Assembly: GCA_048886685.1 (NCBI GenBank)
Contig: JBHLKM010000010.1
Location: 23,946-87,945 of the forward strand
Reading direction: 5' to 3'
DNA: 64,000 nucleotides
Source: Candidatus Hodarchaeota archaeon
Lineage (GTDB): Archaea > Asgardarchaeota > Lokiarchaeia > Sigyniarchaeales > SOKP01
Position 1 is the stretch's first letter, and each line of letters starts with the position of its first letter. This document shows, piece by piece, positions 20,701 to 28,070 of the stretch. The position numbers were made by a program, and so were the translations under genes. Under the pieces are notes generated by a model that was not told where the DNA came from, ran no database searches, and was given only the letters and a program-made list of their open reading frames with translations.

Positions 20701-21585
20701 AGTGTTAAGAAGAAATATAAACTTATTTATAAAGATTTATTAAAAATATATCCAAAAATCCAAAGAAGAGAATGTAGAGTTGGAATCGCTCAAATAGGGA
20801 TTTCAAAGACAGGTGATCTTTTAAATGAATTTTATGAAGTGAAATCTTCAGGTCTTTTAGGCATTCGAGATGAAAAAATCGAAAAAGTTAAATCAGTAGT
20901 AAAAAAAATAATTCAAAATGCGAATAAGAGTGATATAGATGTTCTAATATTTCCAGAAATGACTATTGACTTAAACTATATAGATTTTCTAGAGGAATTA
21001 TCAAATTTAGCTAGGACTCATAGCATGTATCTTATTCCTGGATCATACCACGACACGGCGACAAAAAGAAATATTAGCTTGGTAATTGGACCAGAAGGGA
21101 TCCTCTGGGAACAAGAAAAACATACACCTGCTATAATGCATATTGAAGGAAATAGAATTAAAGAAGCAATAAAGGTAAATGCTCTAATTAAAAAGACAAT
21201 AGTGTGCAATACCGAGTTTGGAAGAATTGTCATAGTTATCTGTCGGGATTTCCTTGATATGGATTTGAGAGTGGAATTGAAAAATTTTGAACCACCAGTT
21301 GATATCGTAATTAATCCCGCATTCACTCCTGTCACAGCTGATTTTAAAGCTGCTCATTTTGATGCACGTAGATCTATATTTGCATATTGCTTCTTTGCAA
21401 ATGTCGCTGAATTTGGAGATTCACTAATTTATACTCCTGAAAAAGATCGGACTGAAAGAAGGATTCCAGCAAAACAAGAGGGATTAATATATAAAGATAT
21501 TGATCTCTTCAAATTGCGTTCTGAACGGAAAAAATGGGAAAAGATAAAAAAGAACGAAGCAAAATTTATTCAAAGTACAAGATAA
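17740..21585 (+). CDS. large alpha-solenoid (TPR/SNAP-like) protein fused to a C-terminal carbon-nitrogen hydrolase (nitrilase) domain
   Basis: About 950 aa of Ala/Tyr-patterned helical repeats, then RVGIAQIG, LIFPEM (Glu), QEKHTP (Lys) and VICRDF (Cys), the nitrilase catalytic triad. Confidence 0.85.
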   Translation: MMGESEDILLEKAELEEKTYNWTEAAVVYEKLVKEYKRANILDKAAVLYKRLGFVNSQAADTVRTTEQYISLKSIAIMNYRKAGNLFKSIGIKAEELECYGEALYEEGCTSTSINTGEKEFKNSLEFFIQASELFSNKGDEEGFTRNIIRSAMCMHNLMKYVKNPKELENIFDEGTDYAEKAWKFSKKLNHLNYLTDSLYALVNIIIHNCFVEEMPTFYNLDQGKTLAFDFKKWFKRAKMTFELTKDQNNLKIHGIINFILGFLYFYYGFFLAENMSEQNHNIEEGLILCEKGLDFIRKTKDNGIITLIIFWLNWCAVIGGKINYVQKRIIQDIKEIKEAGKVYSNLFSFWNFYSNFLPALYYTNIAQRSFYGPKQRESYAKEALNYAKASHNNIAFKPFSAWAYQILTWSYSQLVYLAKNEEDRSKYAKSMVEAAENTNKIGSEYKKGFSRTSGYSALYRSFKTLADIAQNKENKIKMLRSAVDAADNYLDHPVESRTGFIAAKIRLGLLYEELGIISKEKSYLIRAKEVYLNVIEDSLNRGHISYAAASHECIARIEDRLGNHNVSAEYYDKAQKGYEESLSFIDYKLLKDRIFEKKNYSLAWKLIENAKSYHKKEDHSKAKESYEEANKILSGLSKYNYEAHYYFAWMLLEEAELLSKQEDHNKAIKQYEQTKMNFYEAITILESTLNKTKEKMENERIKKLIKVARVRMNYCSARINLEKARLLEKQGNNLAAAENFATAASIFKNLCEVFKTESERVELEAIYYLCQAWETMALAETYEDPIRFAQASDLFKNASEIFIDSKLNLLASGNSSFCKALELGCKFDKSLEKEFKEGLYPKVKILLRNAASSYRKGGFENGADWALATSTYFDAAWYIIKADMETNLEEKKNLLEIASKLLTSASELFEKADYEHKKNEVLDRLESLKTEDKIIVSALNTIKKPSMSSSTLGIKASACPLETSSSSKLSEIRQFTEEETKGLERRSVKKKYKLIYKDLLKIYPKIQRRECRVGIAQIGISKTGDLLNEFYEVKSSGLLGIRDEKIEKVKSVVKKIIQNANKSDIDVLIFPEMTIDLNYIDFLEELSNLARTHSMYLIPGSYHDTATKRNISLVIGPEGILWEQEKHTPAIMHIEGNRIKEAIKVNALIKKTIVCNTEFGRIVIVICRDFLDMDLRVELKNFEPPVDIVINPAFTPVTADFKAAHFDARRSIFAYCFFANVAEFGDSLIYTPEKDRTERRIPAKQEGLIYKDIDLFKLRSERKKWEKIKKNEAKFIQSTR

Positions 21586-21595
21586 TATTGTCTTT

Positions 21596-21754
21596 TTATT
21601 CATAACTAACCTTCTTTATATATAACTTTATTTCGCGATTATGCTTTTCAAGTATTATAAAATCCAGTTTAGTTAGTTTATCAACATGATATTTTACAGA
21701 ACTTCTTCTCATAATTAATTTCCTGGATATCATTGCTGAATTAATACCGGGATT
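21596..21754 (-). pseudogene. 3' remnant of a winged-HTH regulator gene
   Basis: NPGINSAMISRKLIMRRSSVKYHVDKL...REIKLY aligns with the C-terminal wHTH of 32751..34043 (NPGINSSEISRLLNLSRTTIKYHIDKL...RKIELY). The homology stops at ~21754. Confidence 0.75.
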
Positions 21755-21851
21755 TGAAGAATATAAAAATAAATTCATTTTGGATAAAACAACTACTCAA
21801 TATTTAGAAGAAACAGGTGGAATTCAAACAATTTTTAATATTTTACTATAG
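21753..21851 (+). pseudogene. 3' remnant of a CoA-transferase alpha subunit gene
   Basis: Translates as FEEYKNKFILDKTTTQYLEETGGIQTIFNILL*, matching the end of 15818..16678 (FEEYRKKFITDKTTAQYLEEAGGVQTIFNILL*). Confidence 0.9.
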
Positions 21852-21863
21852 GAGGTAAATATA

Positions 21864-22745
21864 ATGAGCGAATATTCGAAAGATTATACTATAGATGAAT
21901 TGATGAACGTTTTAATGGCCAGAGAAGTTAGAAACGATGATGTAATGGTTGTCGGTGTCGCAACTCCCATAGTGTGGGCAGCATTTACCTTAGCAAAAGT
22001 AACACATGCCCCAGATGCGATTTATCACTATATAATGGGTTATTCATTCGTAGCAGAACCTCGCCAAGTGAGCTTGCTTTATCTAGAAATGAATACAGCA
22101 AGAGCTTATCGCTTTCAAGACAGTGTGGAATGTACATTGGAATCTCTTCCTTCAGATAAACTAACTACAATTGAATTTTTTAGACCGGCTCAGATTGACC
22201 AATATGGGAATACAATTAATATATGCATTGGAGAGTGGGATAAATCAAAAATTAGACTTCCTGGAGATGCAGGTATTCTTGATTTTAGCATGTTCTATGC
22301 CCGTGGATCTTTTCTCTATACGCCTCGCCATGATACAAGAACGTTTGTTCCTTCTGAAAAACTTGATTTTATATCTGGTGTTGGATTCCCCGACGGAAAA
22401 CCTTCCATATGTGGAGGGTCAGGACCTCAGTGTGTTATTACAAATCTAGCTTATTTAGACTTTGATGATGATACCAAAAGCATGAAATTAGGAATAATTC
22501 ATCCCGGGATTGACCTAAAAACTGTAAAAGAATCAACTGGATTTGAACTAATTACTCCTGATAAAATAAAAGAGACTACACCCCCTTTGAGGAAAGAAAT
22601 TGAAATATTAAGGGAAAAAGTTGATCCATTAAATATCAGAAAAATAGAAGTTCTTTCAGGCAATGAACGAGAAGAGCTATTGGATAATATAATTCAAAAA
22701 GAATTAGCAAAGCAAAATAAATTTCCAAAATTACTTAACAGTTAA
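21864..22745 (+). CDS. second copy of the CoA-transferase-like beta subunit (orphan)
   Basis: Colinear, highly similar paralog of 16691..17569 with a GGAGGT SD. Confidence 0.88.
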   Translation: MSEYSKDYTIDELMNVLMAREVRNDDVMVVGVATPIVWAAFTLAKVTHAPDAIYHYIMGYSFVAEPRQVSLLYLEMNTARAYRFQDSVECTLESLPSDKLTTIEFFRPAQIDQYGNTINICIGEWDKSKIRLPGDAGILDFSMFYARGSFLYTPRHDTRTFVPSEKLDFISGVGFPDGKPSICGGSGPQCVITNLAYLDFDDDTKSMKLGIIHPGIDLKTVKESTGFELITPDKIKETTPPLRKEIEILREKVDPLNIRKIEVLSGNEREELLDNIIQKELAKQNKFPKLLNS

Positions 22746-22941
22746 TTGTTCCTCCTAATTTTTCTTTTTCCCTTAATTTTTCAACATTTCTTTTTAAAGA
22801 CTTCAGGATTATAAAAGTAATTGAAACTAAGAAGATTGCTATTATCGCCACAATCACAGAAATAATCCATTTAGAAGCCTGATTTTTTTTTATCATATTT
22901 AAAGCAAGTTCTAGCTCCTTAAATGTTTCAAAAATGTTCAA
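22735..22941 (-). CDS. small single-TM hypothetical protein or gene remnant
   Basis: Hydrophobic stretch WIISVIVAIIAIFLVSITFIIL followed by a basic tail. The TTG start is weak. Confidence 0.4.
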   Translation of the reverse strand: MNIFETFKELELALNMIKKNQASKWIISVIVAIIAIFLVSITFIILKSLKRNVEKLREKEKLGGTINC

Positions 22942-23062
22942 GATTTAGACCATCAAGTTCTTGCGAAGCTGTATTAGAAAATTTAAACTTTATTATATAA
23001 ATAAAATAAGTTTCAGAAATTCTTTGACATTAATGAAAGCTTGATTTGTTCATAACAAATGA

Positions 23063-23290
23063 ATGCATCTCGCTGTCCAAGATAATGGTATTGGACTCAC
23101 AGAAGAGCAAATAAACCGATTATTTACTAAATTCGGAAAGATCGAATGGTATGGGCAGGGATTTGATATTATTACTGAAGGTTCCGGGTTAGGTTTACAT
23201 ATTGAAAAAAAATTATTGATTTACATGGTGGAAAAATTTGGGTCGAATCTGGAGGGATAAATAAAGGTTCAACGTTCTAGTTTTGCCTAT
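23063..23290 (+). pseudogene. histidine kinase HATPase_c fragment with frameshift and nonsense codon
   Basis: DNGIGL..LFTKFGKIE..GSGLGL. After the A-run at 23205-23212 the alternative frame reads IIDLHGGKIWVESGGINKGSTF*(TAG), matching the end of 55500..57104. Confidence 0.85.
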
Positions 23291-23317
23291 ATAGGAATTC
23301 AAATTAATAATTTTAAA

Positions 23318-24988
23318 CTAAAATTTAAGAATTGCTCCTTCAGTAGCAGAAGATACGAGGTTACGGTATTTTAATAGCGCTTTACTTTTAATAACTTTCT
23401 CATAAGGTTTCCAATTTGCTAAACGATCTTGAATTTCTTCATTTGTAATATTTACATTAAGAGTTCGATTAGGAATATCAATATTGATTAAATCCCCATC
23501 TCTTACTATACCAATTGGCCCCCCAACATATGCTTCTGGACTCACATGACCAATACAAGGTCCTGAAGTATATCCTGAAAAACGACCATCAGTAATTAGC
23601 GCAACTTTATCTAAATCACGTTTCATTACTAAAGTCATTGTTACAGCTAATAATTCGGGCATACCCGGACCTCCTTTTGGACCTTCATATCGAACAATAA
23701 TTACTGAATTATTTTGAACTTGATTAGAAGTTAGAGCATCTGTCACTTCTTGTTCTGAGTTAAAACACATTGCTGGTCCTTCAAACTTTAACATATCCTT
23801 ATTTTTGATTGCTGATTGTTTGACTACTGCTCCTTCTGGTGCTAAATTGCCTTTTAATATTACAGTTCCCCCCTCAGGGAAGATAGGATCATTTAAAGGT
23901 TTAATAATGTTTTCATCTAAGACTTCAACTTTTTTGATAATTTTTCCAATAGTTTTTCCAGAAACGGTTAAGCAGTCCAAATTAAGAAAATCTTTTAATC
24001 TACTTAAAACTGCAGGGATTCCTCCTGCCTTATATAAATCCGGAGTACCATAATCTCCCGATGGAGAAACATTTACAATTGTTGGTATTCTTTTACTATA
24101 TTCATTAAAGATTTCTAAATCAAAATCTATTCCCATCTCATGTGCGATTGCTGGAAGGTGCAACGTTGAATTCGTTGATCCTCCAATTGCTAAATCAACG
24201 ATTATTGCATTTTCTAAGGACTTTTCAGTCATAATTTGAGACGGTTTTATTCTATTTTTTAACAATTCAATTATTCTTTTACCTGAATTTTTTGCTATCA
24301 TATATTTCATTTGAGTCATTGCAGGTATTGTACCAGCATTAGGTAATGTCATCCCAAAGGCTTCCATTAAACATTGAGTGGTATTTGCGGTACCCATAGC
24401 TTCACAAGCACCATACGTTGCACATGTAATACATCCAAACTTATGAGTAAAATCTTCATAAACATCTGTTGAAATTCCTTTATAATCTGGCATAAATCTT
24501 ACTTGATATAAATTTGATCCTCCTGGAACGCATATTGTAGGGATATCTAATCGTACTGCTGCCATTAAGATTGCAGGATTGATTTTATCACAGCTAGATA
24601 AAGTAACCATGGCATCCAATCGATGGGCTTCAACCATTAATTCAATTGAATCGACGATTACTTCTCTGTGTGGTAAGATAGAACGCATTCCAACATTACC
24701 CATAGCTAATCCATCACATGCTCCAATAGTGCAGAACTCAAAAGGAACCCCTCCAGCTTCTAGGATTCCATATTTAACTGCTTCAGCAAGACTTCTTAAA
24801 TGTTTATGACCTGGATTGAGTTCATTCCAAGTATTTACTACTCCAATGAAAGGCTTATTATCGATATCTTTATCATCTAAACCTAGTGCCTTTAACAATT
24901 CTATTTTACCATATCTAAATGGTGTTTTACTAATCCCATCAAAAAGGCTTTTACTTCTTATTTTTAAATCAATGTTTTTATTATTCAT
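23318..24988 (-). CDS. ilvD: dihydroxy-acid dehydratase (IlvD/Edd family)
   Basis: NPGH, CDGLAMG, CDK, GTANT, GGSTN, GNLAPEGAVVK, YEGPKGGPGMPE, TDGRFSG and GHVSPEA motifs. Confidence 0.92.
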   Translation of the reverse strand: MNNKNIDLKIRSKSLFDGISKTPFRYGKIELLKALGLDDKDIDNKPFIGVVNTWNELNPGHKHLRSLAEAVKYGILEAGGVPFEFCTIGACDGLAMGNVGMRSILPHREVIVDSIELMVEAHRLDAMVTLSSCDKINPAILMAAVRLDIPTICVPGGSNLYQVRFMPDYKGISTDVYEDFTHKFGCITCATYGACEAMGTANTTQCLMEAFGMTLPNAGTIPAMTQMKYMIAKNSGKRIIELLKNRIKPSQIMTEKSLENAIIVDLAIGGSTNSTLHLPAIAHEMGIDFDLEIFNEYSKRIPTIVNVSPSGDYGTPDLYKAGGIPAVLSRLKDFLNLDCLTVSGKTIGKIIKKVEVLDENIIKPLNDPIFPEGGTVILKGNLAPEGAVVKQSAIKNKDMLKFEGPAMCFNSEQEVTDALTSNQVQNNSVIIVRYEGPKGGPGMPELLAVTMTLVMKRDLDKVALITDGRFSGYTSGPCIGHVSPEAYVGGPIGIVRDGDLINIDIPNRTLNVNITNEEIQDRLANWKPYEKVIKSKALLKYRNLVSSATEGAILKF

Positions 24989-25166
24989 TTTAAATTTCTC
25001 TTTTTTTATAATAATTAAAATAAAAATAATCTAGTTTTAAAGTTTAAACCTCTTCATTCACAATTTTAAAGGGTATTTCCCATATTTCTTTGTGGCAGAA
25101 ATCATGGTAAATATGTTTTCGAGTTTACATGCATTTGTTATATCCTTTATCTCTTGTTTACTCTTT

Positions 25167-25946
25167 TCAAAATGGTTTAAAATTGAATATATAATTAGCT
25201 AAATGTTCTACTGCTAATAAACTGGGTGAATTTGCAGGGATATCAATTAAAGGTTTCCCTTCCATATCAAATTTGGTGATATTAGCATCTTCAGGAATCT
25301 TTGCTAATAAAGGTAATTCAAGATCTTTTAATTTTTCTACTATATAATCAACATTTCCTTTAACTCTATTCAAAATGATACCCAAGTCTTTGTAATTAGT
25401 AAATTTCTTAGCACTCTTTCGTATAGCATCTGCGGTTTCTATACTTCTGATTGATATATCCGAAACAATTAAAAGGAGATCTACTGTTTCTATGACCATT
25501 CGATTAATTTGCTCTAAACCTGCTTCACAATCTATTAATACTATATCAAAATCTTTCGTAATTGAACTAATAACTTTTCGTAAAAGCGCGTTTGAAGGAC
25601 AAAAACATCCTGGACCTTCTGGTTGACCGATAGAAAATAAACTAAAATCTTTACTTTCTGTAATCGCATTATATACTTCAAAATCGATGTTTTCTGCTAC
25701 TTTTTCCAAATCTTTTGCTTTTGTTAGAATTTCATCTATAACTTCAGTTCTTAATTTCTCAAGACTTTTTTTTGGAAGCAAATTCACCATATAACTTAAA
25801 TGAGGATGCGTTGGATCTGCATCAATTAATAAAATCTTATATTTTTCTTTTTGCGAAATAGTTTTTGCTAAAAGTGTCGTTATAACTGATTTTCCAGACC
25901 CGCCTTTCCCAACTATCGATATTTTAAGTGGAGTTTTGATTACCAT
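25167..25946 (-). CDS. cooC: CooC/AcsF-type MinD-family ATPase (nickel-insertion accessory protein)
   Basis: GKGGSGKS, IDADP, GPGCFCP (CxC) and IDCEAGLE motifs. Confidence 0.88.
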   Translation of the reverse strand: MVIKTPLKISIVGKGGSGKSVITTLLAKTISQKEKYKILLIDADPTHPHLSYMVNLLPKKSLEKLRTEVIDEILTKAKDLEKVAENIDFEVYNAITESKDFSLFSIGQPEGPGCFCPSNALLRKVISSITKDFDIVLIDCEAGLEQINRMVIETVDLLLIVSDISIRSIETADAIRKSAKKFTNYKDLGIILNRVKGNVDYIVEKLKDLELPLLAKIPEDANITKFDMEGKPLIDIPANSPSLLAVEHLANYIFNFKPF

Positions 25947-25973
25947 ATAATAGATACCTAAAATCCTATCACA

Positions 25974-26756
25974 TTATTTTTCAATTTTTTCTCTCTCTAC
26001 TAAAACTTGCTTAATGTCATAACATGTCTCTTGATAAGGGCATATTTCACAACCCCAGTCATAATCACAATCAATTCTTTTTTTCCAATTTTCTATTTTC
26101 TTTAACCATTTTTCATTTATGTGGGCATTAATTTTTGAAGTTAATTTGATAAATTCATCAATTACTTTTGTATTATTGCTAACAAAAATGATCTCCATAG
26201 ATTCAATTAATTCTTTAAATTGTTGCTTATACAAATAGAAAATTGCATTTCCTAAAAATTCCAATGTAAAATTCTTTATTATATTCTCACTGATTCTACA
26301 CCAAAATTTTCTTGGAATTGTTCTTATCAGAAATCCCTCAATTCCATTTGATATTAGATTAAATTGTCTCAAAGAATCCCAATCCTTTTCATTAATCTTT
26401 TTTCCACCTATCAAAATTATCATTCCAAAGTCGATAGAGGAATCTGAAATGTCCTTGATTTCTGGTCCAATTAGAGTAATTGTACCATTTTTTATATGCT
26501 TAATAATATCTAAATTAGAGAAGGGATAAACTAAGGAAAAGGACTTATTATTAATTCCCCCCAATTCTAGTCTTGTTTCTTCTTGAAGAATTATTTCCTT
26601 ATGTTTATCTAATTCCACTTTAATATCTAATGTTTCAAAAAAGTTAGTAGGATTTGGATTTTTTTTATAGATGAATATATCTTTTTCTTTTTGAGACTCA
26701 GAATTAATATAATTCTCTAAATTTTCTCGAAATTCTTCAAATAAGTTGATTTTCAT
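25974..26756 (-). CDS. stand-alone acetyl-CoA synthase beta (CdhC/AcsB) middle-domain-like protein with C-terminal Cys4 motif
   Basis: LELGG..SFSLV, GTITLIGPEI and IEGFLIR...WCRIS...LG resemble the ACS domain that precedes the A-cluster domain. It ends in CDYDWGCEICPYQETC. Confidence 0.65.
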   Translation of the reverse strand: MKINLFEEFRENLENYINSESQKEKDIFIYKKNPNPTNFFETLDIKVELDKHKEIILQEETRLELGGINNKSFSLVYPFSNLDIIKHIKNGTITLIGPEIKDISDSSIDFGMIILIGGKKINEKDWDSLRQFNLISNGIEGFLIRTIPRKFWCRISENIIKNFTLEFLGNAIFYLYKQQFKELIESMEIIFVSNNTKVIDEFIKLTSKINAHINEKWLKKIENWKKRIDCDYDWGCEICPYQETCYDIKQVLVEREKIEK

Positions 26757-26810
26757 AAAATTTCATTTAACCTTCTATAAAGATAATAAATAAAAAAAAG
26801 ATTAATAGTT

Positions 26811-28070
26811 TTAACTCTTAATTGCTTTATTAACTAATTCTGAAAGATCAAAGTTTTGAATTTCATCATTTTTGACATTTGCTTTGAATTGATTTAGACA
26901 GAATGGACAGCAAGATACCATTGCTTCAGCACCCGTCTCTTTTGCCTCCTCAATTCTTTCATTTGCAGCAAAGCTAGATAAATCCTTGAATCCAGATCTA
27001 ACTCCTCCTCCAGATCCACAACACCAAGAATTTTGTCTATTCCTTACCATTTCTATGAGCTCAATTCCAGGAAGCTTCTTCAATATTTCTCTGGGAGGCT
27101 CATAGATCCCCATATGTCGTCCTATGTGGCAAGGATCATGATATGTTATTTTCATATTTAGACTATTATTAAACTGTATCTCATTATTATTTACTTTCTC
27201 GAGTAAGAACTCAGGTAAATGAACTACTTCAATCCCATGATCAAGACCGAATTTTTTAGGGTATGTCTCTTTTAATGTTCGATAACAACCCGCGCAAGAA
27301 GTTATTATTTGCTCAATTCCAATATTTTGAAATAATTCAACATTTAACTCTGCAATTTCTTTTGCCTTATCAGTTTGCCCCGTCATATATACAGGAGAAC
27401 CACAACAATGTTCATTTTGAAAAATCCTAAAATTAACTTGCAATGAACTTAATATTTCAACTGTAGCTAAAGCAATATTTTGTTCTCGATAACTAGCTGT
27501 GCAACCAACAAAATAAGCTAATTTAGAATCATCTGTTTGTTTAATGTTAGCTGGAATCCAGTTAGTCCTGTTTTTATGTTTTTCCATGTATGGATTAAAT
27601 TCTTTAATAACATGTTCAGAGTATTTTTTTTGTTCTGGCATAGGACCAAAACCTTTTTTAACAGCTTCCTCTCTCATTGCCATGAGCCATTCACCAGCAT
27701 AATAATGAATTTCAGGGATTTGGCATTGTTGAGTACAGGCTAAGCATACAGAACATTGATAAAATATTTTTGCTAAATTCTCAGTCCATTTTAGGCGATT
27801 TGATTGTAATCCCCATGTTAGTAGATTTTTACCCCCAAGATAATATGCTTCAAATTTCCCAAATTCCCCAGAAGGACATACACGAGGCCATCCACTCTCA
27901 TGATATGCTGTTCTACATGTACCACATTTTCCACATTGATATAGAATCTCTTTATAATATTCAACATCTTTATTTCTATCTAATATTTGTTGATCTGGTA
28001 TATGTGTAATCTGTGAAATGCCTTTATCCTTCAGAAATTTCATTTCTCTTTTATTTGAAATATTAATCAC
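26811..28070 (-). CDS. Fe-S oxidoreductase with two 4Fe-4S motifs and two CCG domains (GlcF/HdrD-like)
   Basis: CGKCGTC...CP, CSVCLACTQQC, FVGC, EHCCGSP, SCAGC, YHDPCH, WCCGSGGG and CCPFC motifs. Confidence 0.92.
   Translation of the reverse strand: MINISNKREMKFLKDKGISQITHIPDQQILDRNKDVEYYKEILYQCGKCGTCRTAYHESGWPRVCPSGEFGKFEAYYLGGKNLLTWGLQSNRLKWTENLAKIFYQCSVCLACTQQCQIPEIHYYAGEWLMAMREEAVKKGFGPMPEQKKYSEHVIKEFNPYMEKHKNRTNWIPANIKQTDDSKLAYFVGCTASYREQNIALATVEILSSLQVNFRIFQNEHCCGSPVYMTGQTDKAKEIAELNVELFQNIGIEQIITSCAGCYRTLKETYPKKFGLDHGIEVVHLPEFLLEKVNNNEIQFNNSLNMKITYHDPCHIGRHMGIYEPPREILKKLPGIELIEMVRNRQNSWCCGSGGGVRSGFKDLSSFAANERIEEAKETGAEAMVSCCPFCLNQFKANVKNDEIQNFDLSELVNKAIKS

Noticed and set aside
17740-21585. 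Calling the nitrilase fusion a DRT/retron-type defence system
   Set aside because: No reverse transcriptase motif or ncRNA is visible nearby, so it is kept only as a hypothesis.
25167-26756. Wood-Ljungdahl CODH/ACS operon
   Set aside because: There is no A-cluster domain, CODH, corrinoid protein or methyltransferase in the window.
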